Of a stretch of DNA of 64,000 nucleotides, positions 51,433-64,000 are shown in pieces. This DNA is from Monocercomonoides exilis PA203 (lineage: Eukaryota > Protista > Preaxostyla): the NCBI GenBank assembly GCA_001643675.2, contig LSRY02000054.1:124001-188000 (forward strand), given 5' to 3'. Positions within the stretch are counted from its first letter, which is position 1, and each line of letters begins with the position of its first letter. The position numbers and the translations under genes are program-made. The notes under the pieces are model-generated. The model did not search any database. It had not been told where the DNA came from and saw only the letters and a program-made list of their open reading frames with translations.

Positions 51433-53462
51433 ATGGAAACGAGAGAAAGCTCTTCCAAGGGTGCTGTAGATGAATGTTTAGGTGTGGATGTGCAACATTT
51501 GCAATATTTTATGTTTTGGAATCGTTTTCTTCAGGCAGCCTTCCCGATGATATTTTGAAGATGTTTGAGTTTTTATTCATGAAATCTATTGATGAAACAA
51601 GATTTGCCCTTTTTGTGTGTGATTGTTGCAAACAGAATCTTTGGAAAATGCAATTGCTCATCGATTCTTTCGTTATCGCAGGTGAATCGCCGATTCAATC
51701 TCCTCTCAAAAACGGAAGAGTTCGTCTTTTTGGTTTTTTCATATTTTTCAAAGAAAGAATCGACATTTGATGCTTTTTATTGCCTTTTCCCACTGGTTGT
51801 ACAGATGTGCGAAAATCAAGTGTCAAGCGATAATTCCCTTCATGCACAAGATTTGCCTTCTGCCAGATTGTGCATTTCGAGACATTTCCAAATTTCAGCC
51901 AAATTCGGAAGAAGGCTGGAAAGAGAGCTACAAATACGGGGTGAGCACAAAGGGATGGAACGAGACATTGCGGTTTGTATTCTGAAGCATTTGAACATTT
52001 TTTATTTTTTAACTGGTTGTTTGTCTTTAATTTATGTGTTTTGTGCGAATATTCTCTGTTTCATTTAGAATATACAAAGAGTTGGCATACATACGAGATT
52101 TTCCACGGATCTCTGGGGAGAATAGGAAAAAATTGATAAAAAAGACCCTTATAGAAACTCTTTGTTCCATCATGCTAATCACAGCTGTAATTTTATTAGT
52201 TCTTGGATTGCTCAGTTTCTCGAGGAATAGCGAAATTGCTTATAGAGAAAGAATGAATGGAGAAGCAACCAATAAGTCGTTCGCAGACACTTTGACATTT
52301 TCAACACTTCTGATTGGATTGTCTTATTTGATATATCATTTCAGTTCGCACTTGAAAAAGCACGAGTATTCAAACAAATGGTGGTATATTGCCAGCGGAA
52401 TTATTCTTTTGACTGCGATGTATTTCGACTATTTTTGGAAGCACATTCCGATATTTCTGTTCATATGGCCATATTTTGGACTTGTTGCTTTGATATTTGC
52501 AGCAATATTGGTGTGTGAATATGAGCAGGCAGCTTCATTTTCAAAATACCTGTATTTGCTGTTGGATGTCATTTCAGCTGGTCTTATGCTGATGTTTTTT
52601 GTGATTGCTTCGCTGAAAGCAGACGGTTTGATCTGGTTGATGAATTTGAAATTTTTGAAAATTAATCTTTTCTTTTTCTTTCTTTGTTGTCAAATTCATT
52701 GCGTGATGTTAAACAGCACACATTTATCGAGTTTTAGTGAGTTTGACATCACACAAATGGCACGACATATTTATGCTGCCAATTTTGAGTGTTTCGATCA
52801 TCTGTGCCCGCTTCTTTGTCATGTTCTGTTGTGATAGAAAATTTGGAGAAGCATTGACACACACTGACAAAGCGCTTATTTTAGTTGGACTGGCAGGCGC
52901 CAGTGTGATTGTGCTTCCATTTTTGATTCTTGTCCCGCTGAAGTTGGATGGCTCAATCAAGCTGCATTTTGGCTTTTGCATTGCTTCTTTGATTGTTCCT
53001 TTTGCTGCTGTTGAGATTTGTTTGACTTTTTATGGAAATAAGCGCGGGCATTTGGAGTTGAGATATGCGTGGATGCACGAAGAGGGTGTTAGCAAGCATT
53101 GTTTTGCGGTTCAGAAGTTTGAGTGGCTGAGGATGAAACTTGGATTGAGCGAGCTTTCAAAGGGGGAGGCGGTTGTTGGATTTGGCGAGTTCCACAAAAG
53201 GCTTGATTGGATACCAGAGGAAGACATTGGGAGCGCAAAGAGAGACACATCACGATTTCGGCTGAGCAAGTCAGACACCGAAGAAGCATTGAAAATGCGA
53301 AGGGATTATTATGCAAGGTTCGAAGGCTCGGATTGCAAATGGTGGGAAAGCTTTGTTGGCAAAGCAGGATGCTTTGCATTCAACCTCTTCAAAATTGTGG
53401 AATCTACGCTTTTCAGGTGTTTGCTTGCTTTGTTTGTTGTTGCAGTTTATTTGATTCTGTAA
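51433..53462 (+). CDS. Multi-exon F-box protein fused to a multipass membrane region (TMEM185/Fragile-X-F-like motifs)
   Basis: Splicing 51482-51534 and 51563-51635 gives GSLPDDILKIIFGKCNCSSILSLSQVNRRFNLLSKTE (F-box pattern). Downstream hydrophobic helices carry LKADG...WHDIFMLP and LKLDGSI motifs. Later splice sites are not all resolved. Confidence 0.7.
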
Positions 53463-56312
53463 TATTGCATTGTTTGAGTGTTTTGATTTTTTCTTTTCTT
53501 TTTGCTATTTCATTGAGACAAAGAGTTTTTCTTTTCATTTGAAGCAAATTTTGTTTTTGGTTTTCAGTTATCAGTTTTTATTTTCTTTTTCAGTTCAACT
53601 TTGCTTGTTTTGAAATTGAAATTTTTTCTTTTTTTTGAGCATTGTAACTCCGAAAATCGCAAAATAATCATACAAAAGAAAGCCAAGTTTGAGAATAATT
53701 TAATTATTTTATTTTTTTTGATTTTTTCATTCATTCCAATCAAAAATGCCAGTTCAAAAATATCCGTTTGAGATACAAAGTTTCAATTATTTATGATAGA
53801 GTTTTGCGACAAGTATTTATCAATATTGCATGAGATGTCCAGAGCATCAAACAAACGATTGATATTTCAACTGAATGTTAATTGTGTTTGACAAATGTTT
53901 TAAGTCTGAAAGAATAATTTTCAGTGGATGAAGTTTGATACAATTATGCAAAGAAAACGACAAGCAAACACAACATTCAATCTTTCGCAGTTCACTCGGT
54001 TAATGAGAAGGAGAATGAGAAAAATGAATGGGATTATGAAAAAATATGATATATTGCGATAAGAATCAAATTTATTCATATTTGACTATCAATTTGTATT
54101 CTTTAAAGAAGAAATAATTTGCAATGCAAATGAATTGAACAATGCAATTATTTCACTTGAAGTCTGAGTCCTCACATATCTCTGTTCTCTGAGTGCATGT
54201 TTTTCCCAATCACCACTCACTGAGAATGCTCTCTTGAAACAAAAAAAACTTCAATCCCTTCAAAAAGTGATAGAAAATATTCCTTCATAATATTGTGAAT
54301 GAGAAAGATGTTCACTTACATCATGTGACTTTAAACGTAGATTTCGGATGAAAACAAAAAGTGATGACAGATTAAATGAGATAATACTTGAGCGACATTT
54401 GAATAGAAAGATGGAAGAAGATAGAGATCTATAAACATTCTGATCATATAAAACACAAAAAATTTTCTTGATTTTCAAGTTTTGATTAAGTTTAAATGAA
54501 AATGAAGACGCATATACGGATATGAAAAGATAAATAAATTATCCTCAATTGTGATAATTTTCATTTTGAGAAAATTTAAGGAAAAATATAAAAATAAAAC
54601 CACTTCCAAAATAGCATCTTAGATTTTTAATAAGTATAAAATCATTCAAAAAACTTTAGTTAAGTTATTAGCGAGGCAATTGAAAATGATTTTGAAAATC
54701 AAGTTGAAAGAGGAGGATGAAGTTAAATACGAAAGATATGTTATTAAAAACAAAAAAAAAAAACAAATAAGTTGAATGTGGATATCAATATGTTTGAAAA
54801 GATGACAGAATACAAGTGATATTGTTTAGAAATTTATCAATGTGAAAAAATGAAACAGCTTTTTTACATGAAAAATGGAAAAGATAAAAAGGAAATGTGA
54901 AATAACACCACAATCTTGAAAATATATGGTGAAAAAACTAATAATAAATAAATAAAGTCTTTCTTTCAAAACAAATTCGAATATTCGAATGTGTATTGTT
55001 CAAATTTTTTAATTGGAGATTGTTATTCATTTTTTCAAATTATTGGAAATATTGATCATATAGTCGAAAGTGGGAATAACAAAAATTTGTGAAGGAAATG
55101 ATGTGAAGGTTTGAGATTGTTTTATGGTGGATGGTTGCTCATCCCCACAAAGTGTTCTTTTGCATTTTATGTTTGTTGAATGCAAAGGGTCAATTTCGGG
55201 GAAAGAGTTTATTGTCAGATTCTACGGGTGAATTGGATGCAATTGCTATGAATATTCACTAACCATGCTTCTGCAACATTTAGTTGATTTTTATGTTATA
55301 TTTAATTATTTTTATGTTTTAATTTTCGTTATTATTTAATTTTTATATCGTTGCTTCTGAATTTTGTTTTACAGAAAAATAGTTGAATTTTTGTATGATT
55401 GATAAGAAGTGTTTGTACGGAACTTGACGGGTTTTAACCATTGGATTGTTTTGCTCGAACAAAAACATTTGGAACTTTCTTTTTGGGTTTTTGTTAAGTT
55501 TTTATGTTTTTAATTTTTTGTGAGAATTATTTTCAAAATTTTCATCAATTTCACTTATAAAAAAATCAAAACACTTTGAAAAGATACATTTTTGTTAACA
55601 TTTGAAATTCAAAAGTTGCTGAAGAACAAAATTTCAAAAAATATGTTGAAAATGCAAATATGATTGAACATTCACTTAAAGAAATAAAATAATGAACTAT
55701 ATAATAATAGAAATTGCACAAGAAAAGTGTCAAGCAAGTGAAAAGCATGTGATGTGATAAAATAATACAAAAAGAAAGACAAAATGAGTGAAAAATGGTA
55801 ACAAATCCAATTGAAAAGTTTCAAATGCAATTTTGCACTTGTTAAAGCTTCTGTAAAAAAGAACTTGAAAAAAGAAAAGGAAAGCTTTTTGAAGGCAAAT
55901 CTAAATAAAAATCGCACAACACGTTTTCGCATTTAAAAAAAAGAAAAAAGGAAAGAAAAAGAAATATTCAAAATTCAAACAAACAACTTTTAGAAGCATT
56001 ATGTGCGTTCCCCACAATGGCAGTGAGGGCATTTCAGTCAAATCAACATCAAATCATTACAAAAATTATACAGACTTCATTGATTCCATTCGATTTCTCT
56101 ATTTTCCACATGTAAAATAAATCAAAAATAATAAATTAAGAAATAAATAAATTAATTAATAAAAATAATTCTAACTTTCAAATTATTTACACATTCCAAT
56201 TGAAAAAATACAATAATTCTATTGTTTCGAACTACTTTCTATCTTTCCTTCCTTACCTCCTCTCTTCTTCTCCTTCTCCTTCTCCTTCTCCCTCTCCTCA
56301 ACTCCCTCTCCT

Positions 56313-59300
56313 CTATGCCTGTGTCACCCCATAGTCTGACACCACTACCTGCGCCAGGTTCTCCGGCACTGCCCCAACATCGCTGCTTAATGCCTGCACA
56401 GCCGTCACCGACTCCTGGTGCAGCTCTTCCTCCCTCTTCTTCAGCCTCTCCAGCTCTTTCTTCCTCTCCTCCGTCTCTCTCTCTGCTTTCTCCAGCATCT
56501 TCTGTTTTCGCATTTCCTCCTCCCGCGCTGCTTTCTCCTTCTTCCTCTCTTCTTCCTCCTTCTTCCGCCTTTTATCCTCCTTCGCCTTCGCCTTCGCCTT
56601 CTTCATCTTCTCCTTCTTCTCCTCGATTTTCTTCTTCCTCCCTTCGGCCGCTGCCACTATCTTGTCTTCACCTCTCTTCTGCATCTTCCTCATCGCCACA
56701 TTCAGCAGCCGCGACGCAAACTGGGTCTTAAACCCGTCTCCCATCTGTTTTTGCTCCTCGCTCATGTTCTCCTCTATCTTCCTCAGCACCTCTTCGTCTT
56801 TTTTCCCTTCCACATTCTCCACATCCGCCAGGAATGACACAAACACAGCGTCTGCCAGCGACAAAATGAGCTGGTTCACAAGAAACGCCCCTTCAAACGC
56901 AAACCAGAAGACAGCAATGGAGACAAGCCAGACTGCCTGGACTTTCCCTTTTGGATTCAGACTCCACTGCGGAATCGGCAAAAACTCAGGGCAAATGCAA
57001 AGCAAGCTGAAAAACAAAGCAGCCAGCGAAGAAGTGAAAGTGGCACAAAACATGACAAAGGAAGGGATGTTGCGGTGTGCGTCCGAAAGCACCTGGTGCC
57101 TTCGGAACAGCTTCACAGCGCTTCGCCCAGAGCGGATGAAGTTCTGGCCCGAAAGCGCACTCAGCGAAAAAGCGGAGAAGGAAATCCATTCGATTGACGT
57201 TGAGAAGCACGAGCAGCAGCAGTTGAAACAGGAGGAATAGCACGAGACACAGCAGCTCGGCTTGTTCAGATACACTACCATTTCATCATCATCGTCATCT
57301 TCTTCTTCATCATTTTTTGCTCCTTTTCCTCTTTTATTAGCAGCATCACCGCTGCTGTTCCACGCACTTGCAGGAGGTTTCCCATCCTTCGCAACAGACA
57401 CCACAATCGGCGATTCGCTGTCGCTGCTCTGCAGAACAAGCACTTCTCCAACGCTGCCTGCTGACTCCAATTTCTCATTCATTCCATTTTTCTCATCGCT
57501 TCCTCCGCCATAAGACGAGGTAAATGCAGTCACTGACGCACTCCCATTCAATTTACCTTTGCCTTTGTTTTTGCTTTGGCTTTTGCTGAGGCTTCCACTG
57601 CTGCTGCTGGGGGACAGAGGATGAGGAACAATAGAAGACAGAGAAGAGGAAGAAGACATTGAAGAAAAGGAGGAAGAAGAAGAAGAAGATGATGATGATG
57701 ATGATTCTTGTTCCTCTTCCAAATCGACAACTTTCGCCTTCGCTTCCTCTTCTGCTTTCTTCTTTTGTGCTTTCTCGCTGTCTCTTATTTTCTTCTCCTC
57801 CGCGTCCTTTTGGCTGACATCTTTCTCCAGCTCGTTCTGCTCCTTCATTTCTCTCCCAACTTTCTTCAGCCACATCACCAGCTGTCTGTATGGCGAAACC
57901 AGCATCAGTAAGAACGATCCCCAAGCAATCGAACCCGCGTGGCAGCAGGCCGACAAATAGAGCGAACGAGCTGAGGAATAACTAAACACATCGTCTTTGT
58001 CGTGTACAAAGTAATATTCGACACCAATCGTGGAGAGCATGCTGTGGTTGAACCCGCAGAGCACGAAGCAGAAGATGAGGAAGAAGAGGAACGTGTAGAG
58101 GATTAGGATGCGGTAGCCGGTGGAGATCTTCATCACTTTCGGGTAGTCTGGAGAGGAGGAGACGAGAGAGCGAACAACGTCAGCTGTGAGGGAGTCCTGG
58201 GTGTCTTGGTGATTGTGGTTATCAGTGATTGTGTTGGCTTCAGTGTTGAGAGGGACAAAAGAGGAGGAGGAAGAAAATACTGTAGAATTCACAAGATTTG
58301 AAGAAGAAGAAGCAGAGAAAGATGAAGAAGAATCATCGCCCCCACTTGCCGGCTTCCAGTTCTCATCGACTGCCACTTCAGACACGCTTGAGAAATACAC
58401 CACAGTCGTGATCAGCATTGCTGCAGTCCCCACAAACAGCAGCACAACCAGCAGTACGTTGCACAGAACAGAGCAGACCGACTTCATCGCCCTGGACGCC
58501 TCTCTGAAGATCTTCCAGGAGTACTTCATGTCACTCCCGACACACGCACTCACTGCAATCACAACTACACCAGCGACGAAGAAGAGCGCGCCAATGCCGA
58601 TGAACACGTAGCACGTGGTGCGCCCGTGGACAAGAGGGAGCACATTCATGTTTTTGATACCGTAGTAGATGAGTAAGCCTGACATTGCCCAGGCACACAG
58701 GATCGAGAGGACGACCGCCAGCCAGCCGGAGAAGCACTCGCAGCACTGCATCGCGCAAATCCAGAGGATGCTGAGGCCTACGGACACGCACACGGAGAGC
58801 AGGATCACGTACCACGAGGAGGAGAAATCTTGAACCCCCATCGTGAGTGCATCGTGAAACTGGTCAACGTGCTTGTATTTGGAAAGGTCAAGTTTACCTG
58901 AAGGAACACATCTCGATGCTTCATCAACTGTGTCATATGGAACATAGATGGCACCCGGAATTAAATCGCAATCTTGCTTTGATTTTTCAATAATTTGTCC
59001 AATTGGCAAAATGCATTTATTTTTTCCTTTGGGACATTTTTCAACGCATAAAGCAGTTGAAGGATCATCGGGTTCGGAAATGAATAAGAATGGCAAGTGT
59101 GTATTGTTATATGTTTTTTCATCGGATTTTCCGCAAAACTCTCCGCTTAAATGTTGAATATTTGTTCATCAAATAATATTTGAAGAAAGAAGAAAATAAA
59201 ATAATAAAATAAAATTAAATAAAATAAATAACAAAACATTTTCAAACTTTGGAAGCATTGGATGAAGAATGTTTCGAGGTTTTCCAAGAACAAATGAAAG

Positions 59301-59453
59301 CACGAAAAGGAAAACAAACAACAAAAGTGTAATCCAAAACAAAATCATGCAAATGATATCCGTGCAAGATTTGTGTATTTCCTTTATGTTGATTTGCTCT
59401 CCGACCATCGGAAGACCTTTAAAAGATTGCTCATTTTCTTTCGGTTCTATCAT
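56313..59453 (-). CDS. Choline transporter-like (CTL/SLC44/Pns1 family) protein
   Basis: KSCTDIICMILF; intron 59146-59247 gives HPMLPNGEFCG; LCVEKCP; HAGSIAWGSFLL; SGQNFIRSGRSAVKL; DAVFVSFLAD. Many TM helices, Ser-rich inserts and a coiled-coil tail. Confidence 0.9.
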
Positions 59454-59960
59454 AAAATGTTGAACGAGTTAATTGTTATAAACAATTAAAAATGAAAAAT
59501 GAAACAAATGTATATCAAGCATATACCAAGCGAAGAAGAGGAAGCAGTGAGATTTTCTTTCATTTAAAAGTTCACTTTTCAACTTAACTCAAAGCCCTTA
59601 ATATTAATTTTGTCCAACAACGAAAAATTCATTATAAAAGGAAACAGATTTCAATATGCTAAAGTTGCTTTAATGGCAAATTTGAACATCATTATAACTA
59701 TAATTTAAAAGAAAACATTAAATATTTTTTTGTAATTTTATTAATAAAAAAATATTTCTGATTTTCGTATACTCATTTGTGTAAGCAGTCATTTTGATGA
59801 ATAATTGCATTCTTTCAATGGACTTTCGTTTTCAGTATTTTATGCAGAATTCACTGGCTTTTCAATTATATTGATTTTCTTTCAAAAATTCTCTTTGAAC
59901 CCATATTACAAGTCTTCCAGAACATCAACACAGATCCAAAGACGAATTGATCAACCATCA

Positions 59961-61547
59961 ATGCAATTGGTAAAAGTGTGCATATTATCGAAAATGCTTT
60001 TCATGATTTCATTTTTGTTATTTGAAATTAACAATAAACAAATCGATGTTAAAACGATGAATTTTTCAAACTTTAAATCTCATTGTTTTGCAGACAACTT
60101 TGACAGAAAAGTTCACAAGTATTATTATATTTGTTTTTGCTTGTGATGAGTTTCTTTATCATCTAACATCGTTTTTGAACTGATTTTTTTTTAAATTTTT
60201 TTCATAGAACTTTTTGAGCAAATGAAACATTGCATGATCACCGAGAAAATTTTGAATTTGAAAGAGATGGACAGCCTAATTGAAGAAATGAACAAGGAAG
60301 AGTTGACTTCAATTCTTGAAGATAAGTATCTTGTTGGATTCTTCAAAAAGACAAAAGAAAAACCATTATATTTGGAATATTCTGCTTCATTGCTGTCACA
60401 TTACTGTTTCCACATGCTTTTAAAAAATATACGGAAAAATGATTTTAGTACAGGAATTTGGAAAATCATGCTCATGAAGATGATAATTGATGAAGAGAAG
60501 AAAGAAGAAAACAATGAAAAATTATTAACTGATCTTTCTGAATGTTATTTATTTATCTGTGATGATGAGAGCTTTGAGTCAGAAGTTTCGCTTTCAACTT
60601 GCGTATCTTTATTGTTGAAATGTGTGTTATGCGAAGAGAAAAGGAGAAAAACGCAAAAAGAAGTGGAAAGAGCTTTGCTGGCTTTGAGTAACATTCCAAA
60701 TAATCAGGTGAGCTAACAATTTTGAATTTATTTGAATTAGCAAAATATTATTTTCTCGTTTATCTTCATTATTTATATATTATTAAAAAAAAAAAAAAAG
60801 AATGTGATGAATGAGCAGTATCTGAATGAAATTAAAGAAATCATCAAGCAGCATCAACAGAATCACAACCTCACCCAGCTTTCCTATCAATCTGCTTGGA
60901 AAATATTGATTAATAGTTCACGTTTCACAGATACGATTGTTGCAAATGCTGAAGAATTTCATTTTGTGAAAGAAGCAACAATAGAGATGAAAGAACTTAT
61001 CGAAAAAGTTGATTGGACAAAAAAGGAAAAAGAATTGGATGACAAAAAAGAAATATGCGTACTAAGAAGATGGTGTATCTCTCTGGAAAGCTATTTTCAG
61101 TACTGCCAACTTCAAGGCGCAGAAGGCTTGGAATTGTTTTCGTTAATAATAATCATGTGCAGAGTTACGAAAAACAAACATCGTGAAATATTTCAAGAGT
61201 GTCTTTATCTTTATGAAACGATAGCGCATTCGAAAGCAATTCAAATAGAAGATTTGGCGAGCTGTGGGGCTGTTGATTATGCTCTTGAAGAAATTCTTTG
61301 TTCAACGTTAGACATATGTGTATTTGCGAATATTCTGCGATTTTTTGACTGCCTTATAAAAAAATTGAATGGAAAAGAAAATGATGAAAAACTGATTTGG
61401 AAGAAGAGTAAAAGGGAGAAAATGGAAAAGCTTGAGGAAGAAGGATTTGAAGACACAGCCATAAGCGTCTATTTGGAACTGTTTTATGACTGGTACGAGA
61501 GTTATTCATTGAGAAATATGTTCAACATTTTTGGTATTGTTGGATGA
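59961..61547 (+). CDS. Member of an expanded helical-repeat family of unknown function (ALLALSNI / HNLTQLxYQSAW / LEEEGFED)
   Basis: Predicted exons 59961-59969, 60094-60118, 60208-60707, 60801-61547 splice in frame (MQLTTLTEKFTKLFEQMKHC...). Paralog on the opposite strand. Confidence 0.75.
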
Positions 61548-61852
61548 AAAAGTTAATATTGAATATTTGGAAATTTTGTTTTATCGAAATAATGTCAAAC
61601 ATTTTGAGATGTTGATTGAAATCTTTCATTTGTTGATTTGACAATTCTGATTTCAGTTCTTTTTTTTTTTTTCTTTTCCTGAGATCCATCCTGAATGTTA
61701 TGAAATTTGTAATTGAAAGTATTTTCAAAAATGGTTCAACAGCAACATCAGTTAAAATTCATTCAGTCTCAGTTTTTGAATTTTTTTTTTTCGTTTTCAA
61801 TTTTGAAACTTTTTTTTAAAGAAATTTTTTGTTTTGGGGTTGAGATATGTCT

Positions 61853-63200
61853 TTATTCAAAATCAACACATTCATCATAAAAAAATTCACTTGCAAAATC
61901 AAGACTGAAAAATGTTGACAATCGATGAAAAAAATATCTCTGAAGTTTTGCAGAAGCAAAGCTTGTAATAATGTCTTCAAATCCATCTTCCTCCAGTCTT
62001 TTGAATAATTCTCTCTTTGTTGCCTTCAGTTCGACAGAATTGAATTTTTTGAATTTAATACCCAGTTTGCATGAGATAACTTCAAAAAAATGTAAGCAGT
62101 TCATGCGAAGTTTCTCATTGAACGTGTGCTCGTAAATCTCCTCCAAAGCAACATCAAGAACTCCTCCAAGCATTCGCTCAGCCACGCTCACAGAATTAAA
62201 GTTTGCCATTGCATCAAAAATATTAACGCAGGAACTGATAATTCTTTTCATCCCTTTTTTGCTGCTCTGCATAGTCTAACGAGGCAAGCGATAAGTTGTG
62301 AATTTTCTTCTTTTTTGTTCACGCAGCAATTCGAAAAAAACGCATCAAGAAAACTGAGCCATCTCATTATTATCCAAACCTCTTTTATTGTTCCGAGTTA
62401 TTTTGCATTTTTATTCCAATTAACCTTTCGTATCAACTTCTCCAATTCTTTTCTTGCTTCATTCTTAAAATTCAATTCATTGACGATAATATCTTTCAAA
62501 CTTCTGCCATATCTTAACCTATCCACAAGAATAGTCCAAACAGACTGATAAGCAAGTTGAGTTAGATAATGATGCATCTGTTGATATCGAATGATTTCTA
62601 TTCTCTCTTCCAAGCATTGTTTTTTTTCAAAAAGCTGAAAAAGAAAGGAAGGAAAATTTCAATCAACGAAAAAGAAAAAAGAGAATTCAAACAACAAATG
62701 AGTTCATGCCACTCAAAGCCAACAAAGCCATTTCCACATCTTATTGCATCTCTTCGCTTTTGTCCCTGTTCAAAGCAACGTTCAAAAGATGAGATACACA
62801 CACTGTCAGAATCTTGTTTATTTTGCCAACTTTTAGCAAAAGAAAGAATTCACAAAGTTCAATCAGCTTCTTTTCGTCTTTTTCTTTCTTTTTCATGTCT
62901 TCATCAATGATCATCTCCTCAAATCTTTCGTAAAACGAAGATTCTTCAACTCCATAAATCTGCGAGAATTTCAATACCTTGTTATATCCAAAGTGTTTCA
63001 ACAGCACGAGTGAGTCATTCATCAAAAGCTTCTTTTCTTCAATCATTTTGTGCATATTGTCAAAATCTTTGATTGTTAAAAGATATTCCAAATCAATTTC
63101 ATCTATTTCATTAAGCATTCAAGCCAATTCTTGAACCTTCTTTATTTTTTTTTTTTTGTTCTGCTTTTTTAAAGAATTTCATCAAAAAAATATTTTTCTC
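61853..63200 (-). pseudogene. Disrupted paralog of the 59961-61547 gene, convergently oriented
   Basis: Shared motifs HYLTQLAYQSVW, LEEDGFEDII, CVSHLLNVAL. In-frame TAA at 62398 and a frameshift near 62745. Confidence 0.75.
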
Positions 63201-64000
63201 AATTATTTTTTTTTTAAAATAAGAAAACTCATATTGAAAAACGAAAAACTGCAATTATAATAATAAATGAATACCAAAGAATCTTTCGACTAATGAATCT
63301 GTTGCATAATTGTTATGGTTTACAGTCCATATTTAACCATTTTGGTTTCATTGTTAAAAATTGAATTGTCAAGTGGAAATTCATAACATCAAAACACGTT
63401 CAAGTGTACGCAAACTTTTTTATGCTTTCCTCCCATCTGCGTGCAAATCGAGCTCAAATGAAAATAGTTTTAAAATTCTTTCCTTTTGAACTTTCAAAAT
63501 GGGAATGCTTTAGATCTAATTCTAGAATATGGAACGGAATTCTTTCATAATGAAAAATTCAATGATTTGTTCCAGACTTTTTTTGCAATCGCATAATTAC
63601 AAAACTAATATTGGAGTGCAATTTTGAATATTGAAATATTAAAAAGTTGAAAAAATCTTTGAAAGAATTGTGTGGAACAAAATTCATAAAGCAAAAAATT
63701 TCTTCTCAAATGAAGTTATCTGATTCCTTCATTTAAATGTCATTTATTGGTAAATAAGAGAAAGAAAGTTTATGAAAATGGTGAAAATATCTGCTATTGA
63801 ATGAATCTGAGAAGAATTGAGCTCAAAGAATCTTATGCTGTCTTCGAAATGAACACAAAATGCAGAAAAATGCTGAATATAGTTTTGCTGTTCAAAGAGG
63901 GATTTTAAGAAGAGATTGAAAAACAATGCTCTTAGCTAACAGTTTTTATGATTCGAAGATTTAACAATTTAAGAAAGAACGGCCAAGAGAAAAATGAGTT

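Overview
AT-rich eukaryotic DNA with short GT-AG introns and the standard genetic code. The gene families (giant Cys-rich beta-helix receptors with a kinase-like tail; the 'HNLTQLxYQSAW' family) suggest an oxymonad such as Monocercomonoides; this is inference. Layout: (1) 1-12 kb is a transposon graveyard with chained foldback/MITE-like palindromes and decayed Merlin, pogo-like and DIRS-like remnants. (2) 12,270-36,721 is a ~24.4 kb near-perfect palindrome with a 12-nt loop, centred on a copy of a short palindromic repeat. It carries two divergent copies of a ~2,580-aa receptor pseudokinase gene. (3) 37.3-39.8 kb is a TIR-bounded pogo/Fot1-like transposon. (4) 40.6-46.7 kb is a near-complete tyrosine-recombinase (DIRS-like) retrotransposon whose termini and internal repeat contain recombinase-site-like palindromes, one with a flip/flop loop. 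(5) 47-64 kb holds host genes: a duplicated-domain surface protein, an F-box plus multipass-membrane protein, a choline-transporter-like protein and a convergent paralog pair. All alignments were done by eye and no searches were run.
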